A DNA stretch of 64,000 bases, taken from contig CAXHJY010001609.1 in the NCBI GenBank assembly GCA_964016885.1, forward strand, positions 372,001 through 436,000, in the 5' to 3' direction. This document shows positions 25,562-35,652 of the stretch, in pieces (positions within the stretch are counted from its first letter, which is position 1; each line of letters opens with the position of its first letter). A program made the translations under genes and the position numbers. The notes under the pieces were generated by a model. The model worked only from the letters and a program-made list of their open reading frames with translations. It had not been told where the DNA came from and did not search any database. This stretch comes from Eledone cirrhosa. Its lineage: Eukaryota.

Positions 25562-26017
25562 ATATAATAAAATGTTGTAGTTTACTTCAAGCATTCTATA
25601 TAATATATAACGTTGAAAGAGATAGAAGGCTAAACAAGGCAAAATGGACTGTAAGATGAGGTAAGGAAAAGTAAAAGTTACCTGGTAATCTTTGTTGTTG
25701 TTGTTCTTTTATTTGTCCAATATTTTGGGACCTAAAAGTCCTTTCTTCAGGGTTTAACCCTTTAACATTTACACTATTCTATATGTACTATTATATTTCC
25801 ATAATATCGAATCTATGAGATTTTGATATTATTTACATTGAGAACAATACCTTAACATCAGTATGAGTGGCCAATTACGGCTGTTTTAAAAAGAAAAGGT
25901 AGACAAAATTCTGGCCAGCAACTTTCAGTGGATAATGTTCCAATTTCCTCTCTTTGGGATTAAATTTTGATTTTGATTAAAAAGTTTTCTAATTCGTTTT
26001 CAAGCATTTTATAAAAT

Positions 26018-26390
26018 TGATGGAAGATGTGAAGTAGGAAGACCTAGGATGAGGTGATAAAAGCTGACCTCACACAATTGATGGAAGCTGTGGAGTAGGA
26101 CGACTTGGGATGAGGTGATAACTGCTGACCTCACACAATTGATGAAAGATGTGAAGTAGGAAGACCTGGGATGAGGTGATAAAAGCTGACCTCACACAAT
26201 TGATGGAAGCTGTGGAGTAGGAAGACCTGGGATGAGGTGATAAAAGCTGACCTCACACAATTGATGGGAGCTATAGAGAAGGAAGACCTGGGATGAGGTG
26301 ATAAAAACTGACCTCACACAATTCTCAAAGACAATGACACAGGATTGAGATATTTGGTGTTATACAGTAATATAGAAGACCAGCAATCCC
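26018..26390 (+). repeat. ~61-bp tandem repeat derived from RTE C-terminal coding sequence
   Basis: Five copies of TTGATGGAAG...GTAGGAAGACCTGGGATGAGGTGATAAAAGCTGACCTCACACAA, followed by the RTE 3' continuation. Confidence 0.85.
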
Positions 26391-26477
26391 TAGCATTGGT
26401 ATCAATGACTCCTACATGGACATCAATACACATCTATATATACACACATTACTATATACACACCTAACATATAGAAG

Positions 26478-26645
26478 AACCCCGTCGGTCACGAACGACC
26501 ATGTGATTGGCAGCTAGAAAGTTCCCCTCTGAGGCACAAGTCTGGTTGTTTGAGGAAGACCAGCAGTCACCCAAGTATACCAGTCTACCCTCTCCATGCC
26601 ACAGATGTTGTCCAAGGGAAAGGTAATGGCTGATACAGCTTGGAA
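26478..26645 (-). mobile_element. 3' half of a split SINE (5' half at 42203-42366)
   Basis: Ends in GATGTTGTCCAAGGGAAAGGTAATGGCTGATACAGCTTGG, which overlaps the CAGCTTGGCACCAGTGAC start of the 42203 fragment. Confidence 0.65.
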
Positions 26646-26661
26646 CTTCACTACATATATA

Positions 26662-27542
26662 TAAGAGGTGTGTCAGAAAAGTTCCAGGACTGATGTCACA
26701 AAGATTTATTTAAAGAGTTATCTCCTTCAAAGTAATCCCCCTGGAGTATGTAACTGTAATCTTAGCTCTCTCCAGCAATCAAACTGTTTTCTTCATAATT
26801 TTATATACATGTCCTCTGTTTCAGGTCGTCAAGCAATGAGCACAGAGCAACGAACAAACTTGAAAACTGCGTCAGAAACACTGGGATTGCTGCAGCAGGT
26901 GTATGGAGATGAGACGATGTCACGCTCACGTGTTTTGAGTGGTACAAGAGGTTTAAAGAAGGATGCGACGACGTGGAAGATGACCCCAGGAGCGGAAGGT
27001 CCTCAACAACAAGGACTGAGGTCAACATTGAGCGCGTTAGGCAGATGGTGCGTAGCAATCGTCGGCTGACTGTTCGACTGATGGCTAATGAGCTGGGCAT
27101 GAATCGGGACAGCGTCTGGAAGATTCTCACTGAAGATTTTGACATGCAGAAAGTCTGCGCGAAGACGGTGCCAAAACTGCTGAACAATGACCAGAAGGGT
27201 CGCAGCATGCAAGTGTGCCAGGACATCCTCGAGTGTCTTGAAACTGAACCAGACTTGCTAGGGACAGTCATCACCGGTGATGAGTCAGGGATTTTCAACT
27301 ACGACCCGGAAGGGACCCGTTTTGAAGATGTGGACAACATCAAAAAGGCCGTGACGACGGAACTGCGGAGGGTCCCGGAAGAATCCATCCAGGAGTGATT
27401 GCAAGCGTGGTAAAAAATGATGGAAAAGTGTTTTAGACTCCAGGGGGATTACTTTGAAGGAGAAAACTCTTAGTGTGAAGTTTGGGTTTGAAATAAAACT
27501 TTTGTGACATCAGTCCTGGAACTTTTCTGACCCACCTCATAT
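26662..27542 (+). mobile_element. Mariner transposon, internally deleted
   Basis: TIRs GAGGTGTGTCAGAAAAGTTCCAGGACTGATGTCACAAA and its reverse, in TA context. Transposase remnants EDDPRSGRSST and ITGDESGIFNYDPE are fused directly to the C-terminal GTRFEDVDNIK. Confidence 0.92.
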
Positions 27543-27544
27543 AT

Positions 27545-28562
27545 ATATTATATATACACTGTCTACATTATATATTATACACTATATATGTTGTCCATGG
27601 GAAACTCAATGGCTGATAAGCTTGACACTAGTGACATCACAACATATATATACACTGTGTACAATATATATTATACACTATATATGTTGTCCAAGGGAAA
27701 GGCAATGGCTGATACAGCTTGGCACCTGTGACATCACAACATATATCTACACTATATATATATATATATACACTGTGTACAATATATGTATATACACTGT
27801 GTACAATATATATACACTGTGTACAATATATATGTTGTCCAAGGGAATGGTAATGGCTTACACAGCTTGACACCAGTGGCATCACAACATGTATATACAC
27901 TATCATCATCATCATCATTGTTTAACATCCATATTCCTCGCTCGCATGGGTTTGGACGGGAGTTTTCCCACTTGAGGCAAGAGTGGTTGTCTTGCTCGTA
28001 TAGGACTGTCTGGCGGGTTTTCTACAGCTGGATGCCCTTCCTAACACCAACCACATTTACAGTGTGTACTGGGAGGTTTTTACCGAGTTACCTACACGGC
28101 CACATTACAGCGTGGACGGTGTGTTTTTTTGTTGTGATACCTACACGACCTCATTTGTTTCGAGCTGGATATTGTGGCACCAACATAACTTTACATTGAA
28201 AGGGGCGGCGTGGATGAGGTGGGACGGGGATGTATTTTGTTAGAGGTGCCTACTGACTGTAGTAGGTTTCACTTTGCACTTAGGTAAGGCGGGTCTTCTC
28301 TATTACTGTGTAGCGCCAAAGATCTCGGTCCAGTGACGTTGTCTTGGAGAGGTGTAAGTGTGTGAGGTCGTTATTTATCAAGTCATCCCAGGTTTTTCTG
28401 GGTCTGCCTAATCCGTGGCTACCATCTATTTTTATTGCCCTACACTATATATATATATATATACACTGTGTACAATATATATTATACACTATATATGTTG
28501 TCCATGGGAAAGGCAATGGCTGATACAGCTTGGCACCAGTGACATCACAACATATATATATA

Positions 28563-28593
<31 letters not shown>

Positions 28594-28775
28594 CTGTGTA
28601 CAATATATATTATACACTATATATGTTGTCCAAGGGAAAGGCAATGGCTGATACAGCTTGGCACCAGTGACATCACAACATATATATACACTATATATAT
28701 ATATACACCATATATGTTGTCCAAGGGAAAGGCAATGGCTGACACAGCTTGGCACCAGTGACATCACAACATTTA
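27545..28775. repeat. Minisatellite of a SINE-internal 55-mer separated by TA-rich spacers
   Basis: TGTTGTCCAAGGGAAAGGCAATGGCTGATACAGCTTGGCACCAGTGACATCACAAC about 6 times, again near 31030 and 42200. Confidence 0.88.
27902..28445 (-). mobile_element. RTE subfamily A 3' fragment
   Basis: Minus-strand C-terminus, 3' UTR and tail, inserted in the minisatellite. Confidence 0.9.
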
Positions 28776-29199
28776 TATATAACTTATATCCCAGACATCC
28801 ATAGATTATTTCTATTCTACAGCTATCTCTCTTCCCCAATTTCAAAATGTTCTGTTTACATTATTATTATTATCATTCACTTGTTTCCACAATGTATATA
28901 CTTAGACCTTGTTTTTGATATAAACCATGTTGGACATTGTCTCTTTCTCTACAAACTCATCCCTAACCCCCACCATTACCTCCCCTTTCTCTCACTCATT
29001 CATTTCGGTGTTTACGAAGCTAGGTGACCATCTTCAAAGTTCTTGCATACTTGCCTTGTCTAATATGTCTACTTATATTTGCTTATTTCACCCAAATCTC
29101 CTGTGATGATATATGTCATGATGGCTACCTATCTCACATTTTCCCACTCACCAGCATAGGCTATTTGACCAATCAAACCTCAGCAACATGTCCTTACCC

Positions 29200-29491
29200 A
29201 TTACTACCCCAACAAACTCTGCCATTACTACTACTGTCCTTCTAGCCCTTACCAGCCCCAACAAACTCTGCCATTAATACTACTGTCCTTCTAGCCCTTA
29301 CCAGCCCCAACACACTCTGCCATTACTACTACTGTCCTTCTAGACCTTACTAGCCCCAACAAACTCTGCCATTACTACTACTGTCCTTCTAGCCCTTACC
29401 AGCCCCAACAAATTCTGCCATTACTACTAGTCCTTCTAGCCCTTACCAGCCCCAACAAACTCTGCCATTACTACTACTGTCTTTCTAGCCC
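29200..29491. repeat. 49-bp tandem repeat, ~6 copies
   Basis: CCCCAACAAACTCTGCCATTACTACTACTGTCCTTCTAGCCCTTACCAG. Confidence 0.92.
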
Positions 29492-29599
29492 TGCACCAAA
29501 CAATTCTTGTTCACCATTATGTATGGAGGAGCGAAGGATAAATGGAACAACCCCGAATAAATAAATGAATATGAATCCGCAAGTTACCAAGCACCCATG

Positions 29600-30935
29600 C
29601 GAAGCTTTAATTCAGAGACAGGAAGCATACACACTCCCCTGCAAAAATTCACCCTCTCCCACAAATGATGGCAAATGTCCAAAACTCTGAGTTGGCAGCA
29701 TCAACATAAGCACAATGAAAGGAAGGGAAGGAGAAATTATAGACATGCTAGAGTGAAAAGATATTGACGTATGCTGTGGACCAGGTCATGAAAGTAATGG
29801 AAAGAGTCATAGCACAGTTGATCAGGGACTGGGTAAAACTAGATGAGATGCAGTTTCGGTTGTTGCAGGAAAAAGCACCACTGATGCCCTCTTCCTTGTG
29901 AGGCAGTTACAGGAAAAGTACCTAGCTAAAAGCAAGCCGCTCTACCTGGCTTTTGTCGATCTGGAAAGTCTTCGACAGAGACCCCGTGCTATAATCTGCT
30001 GGGCTCTTAGAAATCTAGCAGTAGATGAGTGACTTGTGAAAGCTGTACAAGCCATGTATAGGGGGCATGTCAGTAAAGTTAGGCTTAACAATTACTATAG
30101 CGAGGAATCTAGCATACAGGTCGGTGTCTACCAGAACTCTGTTGTTAGCCCTCTCCTGTTTATTATAGTATTGCAGGCTATAACAGAGGAGTTTAAGACC
30201 TGATGCCCATAGGAACTCCTATATGTGGATGATCTTACACTTATAGCTGAATCTATGGCAGAACTAAAGAAACAAGCACCAACAAACTCTGTAGAAACAA
30301 TAGACAGCTTTTGCTACCTAGGTGACCGAATAAGCAGCGGAGATGGGTGTTCTGAAAGTACAGTAACCAGGGTAACAACGGGATTGAAGATGTTCAGGGA
30401 GCTACTGCCACTGCTAGCTGCAAAAGGCTTTTCTCTCAAAATGAAAGGCAGACAGTATGATGCGTGCATACGAACAGCAATGTTACATGGTAGTGAGACC
30501 TGGGCGCCGTCTGTAGAAGACTTGAGTAGATTAGAAAGAAACGAAACTTGCATGCTCCGATGGATGTGTAATAGTAATATACGCGAACGGCAAAGTATTA
30601 ACAAATTGAGAGAGAGACTGAGCATAAGAGGAATCAAATGCTGTGTGCAGCAGAGGAGGTTGTGTTGTAGCCCCTGAGTACAAGCCGAAGCACATAGACA
30701 ATATTCCCCGACCCCCTCCCACTGTAAAGTGGCCGTGGAGGTGTCACAACAAAAAAGCACCCATTACTCACTGTGAGGTTGGTGTTAGGAAGGGCATCCA
30801 ACTGTAGATATCAAACCAGAATCAGTTCCCATCTGAGCAAGACAAGGTCACCCCACCTGGCACTGCCCACAACAGGACAACCTGTCTAACCCATACTACT
30901 GTGGAAGAAGGGACGTAAAACGGTGATGATGATGA
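29600..30935 (+). mobile_element. Degenerate RTE with large internal deletions
   Basis: APE start (LRVGSINISTMKGREGEI) fused to RT (DQVMKV...YVDD), then FCYLGD, a 3' UTR and a (GAT)n tail. Confidence 0.85.
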
Positions 30936-31486
30936 TATACATACTGTATACAGTATATATACACTATATATATATTATACAGTATATATACACTATATAT
31001 ATTATACAGTATCTATCCACTATATATATGTCCAAGAGAAAGGCTATGGACGATACAGCTTGGCACTAGTAACATCACAACATATATATATATATACAAT
31101 ATATATTATACAGTATATATATATATAATCATGTTAACAGAAAAATGGGTGGATAATATAATAGACGTAAATAGAGTAAACGACAGAATAATTAAAATAA
31201 GACATGTTCTAAATAGAACTACTGTGACAGTAATATCTACATACGCGCCCCAATCCGGACTGCCTGGCGCTATAAAAGACAGATTCTATGAGACACTGAT
31301 GCTCACTACCTCCCGAATAACCGACAGTGACTATATAATTATTGCTGGCGACCTAAATGGTCATGTTGGACAACATTGTGACGGCTATGACGGAATCCAT
31401 GGAGGCTATGGGTTTGGTACTAGAAATGAGGAAAGCTCCAGAATCCTGGAATTCTGTGACGCAAATAACCTAACTATCTGTAACAC

Positions 31487-34400
31487 CAACACAAAAGAGC
31501 TCACAACAACAGCAAACAAAAAACACCACACAAAAACAAAAACATGCATACACATACATAAATACAAGAAACAAAAAACTGTTAAACATTGTGTACAACA
31601 ACAATCTAATAAAAACACAAGGGCCTAACTTCACCCAGGCAGGGGATTTCCCCCACCTCAAAATGATTAAGGCCCCACAAGACACCTATAAAACTTTAAA
31701 AAACAATTTTAAAGAGGACGTGGGTCCCCCCTGCGTCGGGCCCATTAACCGCGTCCTCCTAAAAAACTATCCCACCCCCTCCCCAAACACCCACACAACT
31801 CCAAGCTCCCCAACCACACAACACACTGATGCCCCCACACTTCCACAAACCACCACCCCACCCAACAACCCATCCCCCACCCTAATGGAAATTGTGCAGC
31901 CCGATACCCGGGACGCAGAGAGGTAAGTGCCCTTTCTCTTCACCACCAACATGGCTATGCTAAGAGTAGGCTGTTTAAATGCGCGTGGCCTGGGCTCAAC
32001 TTGGAAGCAAGCAATGCTTCTAAATGACCTCAGGTCACAACGTATAGATGTGATGGTTATTTGCGAGGCCCGGATCAGCAACGTGCGACAGCTGGCCCCC
32101 ACCTTTGATGACTTTCAGATGCACGCATCTCTCTGTCAGCCCGGAGGTGGGGGTGGAGTTGTCGTTTTGCTGCAAAAACATCTGGGTCTCGCAACACAGA
32201 TGGTACATTTGGACCCGGAGGGTCGACTAGTGGTTCTGGACCTTGGCAGTGGTAAAGGCGGAGCGTTTAGGTTGGTAGCCGCCTACGGCCCTTTCGGGTC
32301 AATGCGGCCGGACTTCTTCCATCGTCTGGAGACTTTTCTAGGGACGTCCCGCTCCTTGCTATTAGTGGGGGACTGGAATGGTATCCTAGATGCACGCTGG
32401 GACTACGTAGGGGCCTGCCCCGATAGAGAGGGGTGTAATAGCCTCAAAGGGTTAATCGGTCGATTTGACCTGGCCGATAGATATCGACTAGATTTTCCGA
32501 CTGCGCCAACCTGGACTTGGGCAAATCGTAGCGGATCATCTAGGTCGTACCTAGATAGGTTCTTAGTTAGAATTAAGGATAAGGACTTTTTAAGTTGTCC
32601 AAAAATGCGCATGGTTGGCTATTCAGACCACAAATTAGTGACCTGCATGGTCAACCTTGACAGAACTCATAGACAGGGCCCCGGTTACTGGAAGCTCAAC
32701 TTGTCCTTGCTGGCAAGTAGAGCCTACAGGAATCGGATTAGTACGTTAGTTAAGGAACGGTTGACTGGAGCGATCGTCAACAGCAGGTGGTGGGTATCTC
32801 TAAAGAGAGAGATTAGAGTAGCCTCGATAGAATTTAGTAAGGTTCTAGCTGCGGATAGGAATAGGAAGGAAAGGGAGCTAATAGATAGAGTAGAAGAGGC
32901 AATTAGAAGCGGCGACGTGGCCAGAGTGCTAGCGTCGAGAACGGCTTTGAGCCAGTTTTTCGACGCGAAGCACGAAGGCTGCGTTGTCCGAAGTAAAATA
33001 CGTGCTCTAGGGAACGAGGGGACCAAAGCTGTTAGCTGGGCCCGCGTGACAGAGGCCAACAGTGGAACTAAATCCACCATCCGGTCTTTGCGAGACCTGG
33101 ATGGACGGGCGATTCTTGAGCCTAAGCAGATGTGTGAGGCCTTTCAAAGGCACTTTGCCCGACTGTTCGGGAGGGGCGGGGAGCCGGTTGGGAACGTGGA
33201 CTTCGGTCCATACCTCGACGGCCTGCCGCGCCTCTCGGACAGGGAGGCGAAGTCCTGCGAGGAGCCGATTTCGGCCGCTGAGATAGAGGACGTGCTGAGC
33301 CAATGCGGCAAACGCAAATCCCCGGGTCTCGATGGTCTTCCTTACGAATTATATCTAGCTATGCCAGACTTGTTCCCCGATCTCCTCGAGGCGGTCTACT
33401 GCAACTGGCAACAGAACGGGAGAATTCCCTGTACTGTGACCAAGGGCGTAGTCACGCTAGTGAGGAAGGACGAGAACAAGGGGGACGAAATAAGTAACTT
33501 CAGGCCCATAACACTGCTAAATACAGAGTTACAGATTTTGGCCAAGGTGCTAGCAAAGAGGTTGGCGCTTGTCGTGGGCAACCTGGTGGGAGATGCGCAG
33601 ACATGCGCTATCCCGTCCAGGTCCATCCATGACAACCTCCACCTCATGCGATACATCATAGAGAGGGTTGGGAACGAACCCGGCTTTGGTGGGGCTCTGA
33701 TCAACTTGGATCAATCTAAGGCGTTCGATAGGGTCGACCATGGTTACCTGGATGCGGTGCTAGCGGCGGCAGGCTTCGGACCCGTTTTCAGGGGCTGGAT
33801 CACTGCTATGCACAGCAGCCGCATCTGCTCTAGGGTCAAGGTGAACGGCTACCTCTCGGAGCCGTTCAAAATCGCGCGGTCCATCCGACAAGGGTGCCCT
33901 CTCTCCTCCCTTCTGTATGTGTTGACTCTCGAGCCACTACTGCGGAAGTTGGAGTTGTTGCAGGGCATCCCTTTGGAACCGGGATTGCGGAAAGCGGTGT
34001 CGGCCTACGCCGATGACGTGACAGTAATGGTGTCGACGGCCTCCGAAATCGAGGCGGTCGGCACCTTACTGGAGGAGTACGAAAAGTTCACAGGGGCTAA
34101 GCTGAACCGGGACAAGTCGATCGGTTTGCAACTCGGCACGTGGAGGGGCAGACCGATGCCCTCCGATGGCGTCGTCGGACGCTGGACGGAGGGCCCGGTG
34201 AAGTTGCTCGGGGTCTGGTTCGGACCGGACCTCCAGGTGGAGAAAAACTGGGCGGAGGTTACGAACAGGGTGTTTGCACTGACCCAGAAGTGGGCCAGTT
34301 GCAAACTATCCCTGAAAGGTCGGGCGGAGGTGGCGAACACCTACATAGCGTCCGTCATCTACTACCGCCTGACCGTAGTGCCCTGCCCAAGGGAAACCCT

Positions 34401-35652
34401 CACCAAGATGGAGCGCGCGCTCTTCCAATTCCTTTGGAAGAGGCGGGCTCCTATGGTGAGGAGATCCATCTGCTGTCAACACCCTTCGAAAGGAGGGCTG
34501 GGGATGCCGTGGCTAATGATGCGTAAACACGCATTAAGGCTACGGCACCTCTACGTATTCCTCACCGGACAACCGGTGTGGGCCTCGTTTGTGAGACGAA
34601 CCTTTCCCAGACTCGTCTCACTCACCGAGCTGCAATCCTGGGTCAAGCAAAGACCGAGAAAACTGGGCGTCTGGCACACTGAGTGTGCCCAGGCGCTCAC
34701 CGCCCTCTGGCAGGCGGATCCGGTTATCAGTGGAGACTCCACCGCAACATTCTATAGAGGGCTGGTACGCAGCAGGTGCGACGACGCCCTCGGAGAAGCC
34801 CTAGACATGGAGGAGGACGAACTGGCCAGCCTGTTCGGTAGGACATTCAGCCCGGGACCTATGGACAACTTCCAGAAGTCCCTGGCCTGGCAGTGCTACC
34901 GAGGGGCTTTACCCGTTCGAGAAAGGCTCTACAGACACGGGCGCCCGGGTAGGGACCCCGCCAAAAAGATCTGTCCCAGATGCGTGTGCGACGAGGAAAC
35001 CGTTGCACACGCATTAGTACACTGCTCGGGCGTAGCCGATCTGTGGGGCTATGTCGAACAACTGCTGTCAAGGGTGGGACCGATCCGGTTGACCACCGAG
35101 TCTATTGTAATGATCAAGCCGCCTCCCCCCTTCAAAGATGAAGCAGAGGCGGTGTTTCTGTGCGTAATAGCCATGGCGAAAGAGGTTGTATGGTGGACGC
35201 GTCTGAAAGGACTGAGGTCGGGCACCTTTCTCTCTGGCCAACAACTGGTCCGTTTCTTCCGATATCATTTCGGAAGAAGGATCAGGATGGAGAGAGAGGT
35301 GCTGCACCCCAGCCGTTTCTATGAAAGATGGGTGAAAGTGGCGAGAATGGCCCGTGTGAATGGGCCTTCACTCTACATCAGACTATAGGTGAGGAAGATG
35401 AAAGACCAAGGGAGCACCCCTTCTCTGTGCTCCTGAGGAGAAGGGTTGCACACTTTTTTCGGGGGTGTGTGCGACCCCCCAAGGCGCCTCCTCTCTATTG
35501 AGGATTTTGTTAAAAATTTTATTTTTTGTTATATCTTATTTTATTTTTATATTTTGTTATTGCCTCCTCCTTATTGAGGACGCCTTTTTGTGTAAACTCC
35601 CCCCTTTGTACTTGTCCCACTTTTGATGCCCTAGTGGCAAATAAAAGAAATA
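31487..35652 (+). mobile_element. L1/Tx1-clade LINE, 5'-truncated in ORF1, with 12-bp TSD
   Basis: TSD TATCTGTAACAC at 31475-31486 and 35653-35664. Pro/Thr-rich ORF1-like tail ending at 31926, intact ORF2, 3' AATAAAAGAAA. Confidence 0.93.
31951..35388 (+). CDS. Tx1-like ORF2: APE endonuclease, reverse transcriptase and CCHC zinc knuckle (~1145 aa, uninterrupted)
   Basis: CLNARGL, VGDWN, SYLDRF, SDHKLV, GPGYWKLN, KSPGLDG, NFRPITLLN, DQSKAFDRVDH, RQGCPLS, YADDV, GGLGMP, CPRC-x7-AHALVHC. Confidence 0.95.
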   Translation: MAMLRVGCLNARGLGSTWKQAMLLNDLRSQRIDVMVICEARISNVRQLAPTFDDFQMHASLCQPGGGGGVVVLLQKHLGLATQMVHLDPEGRLVVLDLGSGKGGAFRLVAAYGPFGSMRPDFFHRLETFLGTSRSLLLVGDWNGILDARWDYVGACPDREGCNSLKGLIGRFDLADRYRLDFPTAPTWTWANRSGSSRSYLDRFLVRIKDKDFLSCPKMRMVGYSDHKLVTCMVNLDRTHRQGPGYWKLNLSLLASRAYRNRISTLVKERLTGAIVNSRWWVSLKREIRVASIEFSKVLAADRNRKERELIDRVEEAIRSGDVARVLASRTALSQFFDAKHEGCVVRSKIRALGNEGTKAVSWARVTEANSGTKSTIRSLRDLDGRAILEPKQMCEAFQRHFARLFGRGGEPVGNVDFGPYLDGLPRLSDREAKSCEEPISAAEIEDVLSQCGKRKSPGLDGLPYELYLAMPDLFPDLLEAVYCNWQQNGRIPCTVTKGVVTLVRKDENKGDEISNFRPITLLNTELQILAKVLAKRLALVVGNLVGDAQTCAIPSRSIHDNLHLMRYIIERVGNEPGFGGALINLDQSKAFDRVDHGYLDAVLAAAGFGPVFRGWITAMHSSRICSRVKVNGYLSEPFKIARSIRQGCPLSSLLYVLTLEPLLRKLELLQGIPLEPGLRKAVSAYADDVTVMVSTASEIEAVGTLLEEYEKFTGAKLNRDKSIGLQLGTWRGRPMPSDGVVGRWTEGPVKLLGVWFGPDLQVEKNWAEVTNRVFALTQKWASCKLSLKGRAEVANTYIASVIYYRLTVVPCPRETLTKMERALFQFLWKRRAPMVRRSICCQHPSKGGLGMPWLMMRKHALRLRHLYVFLTGQPVWASFVRRTFPRLVSLTELQSWVKQRPRKLGVWHTECAQALTALWQADPVISGDSTATFYRGLVRSRCDDALGEALDMEEDELASLFGRTFSPGPMDNFQKSLAWQCYRGALPVRERLYRHGRPGRDPAKKICPRCVCDEETVAHALVHCSGVADLWGYVEQLLSRVGPIRLTTESIVMIKPPPPFKDEAEAVFLCVIAMAKEVVWWTRLKGLRSGTFLSGQQLVRFFRYHFGRRIRMEREVLHPSRFYERWVKVARMARVNGPSLYIRL

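Noticed and set aside
27545-28775. CRISPR-like pattern of conserved repeats with variable spacers
   Set aside because: The repeats are a 55-bp SINE fragment, the spacers are related low-complexity TA sequence, the context is eukaryotic, and there are no cas genes.
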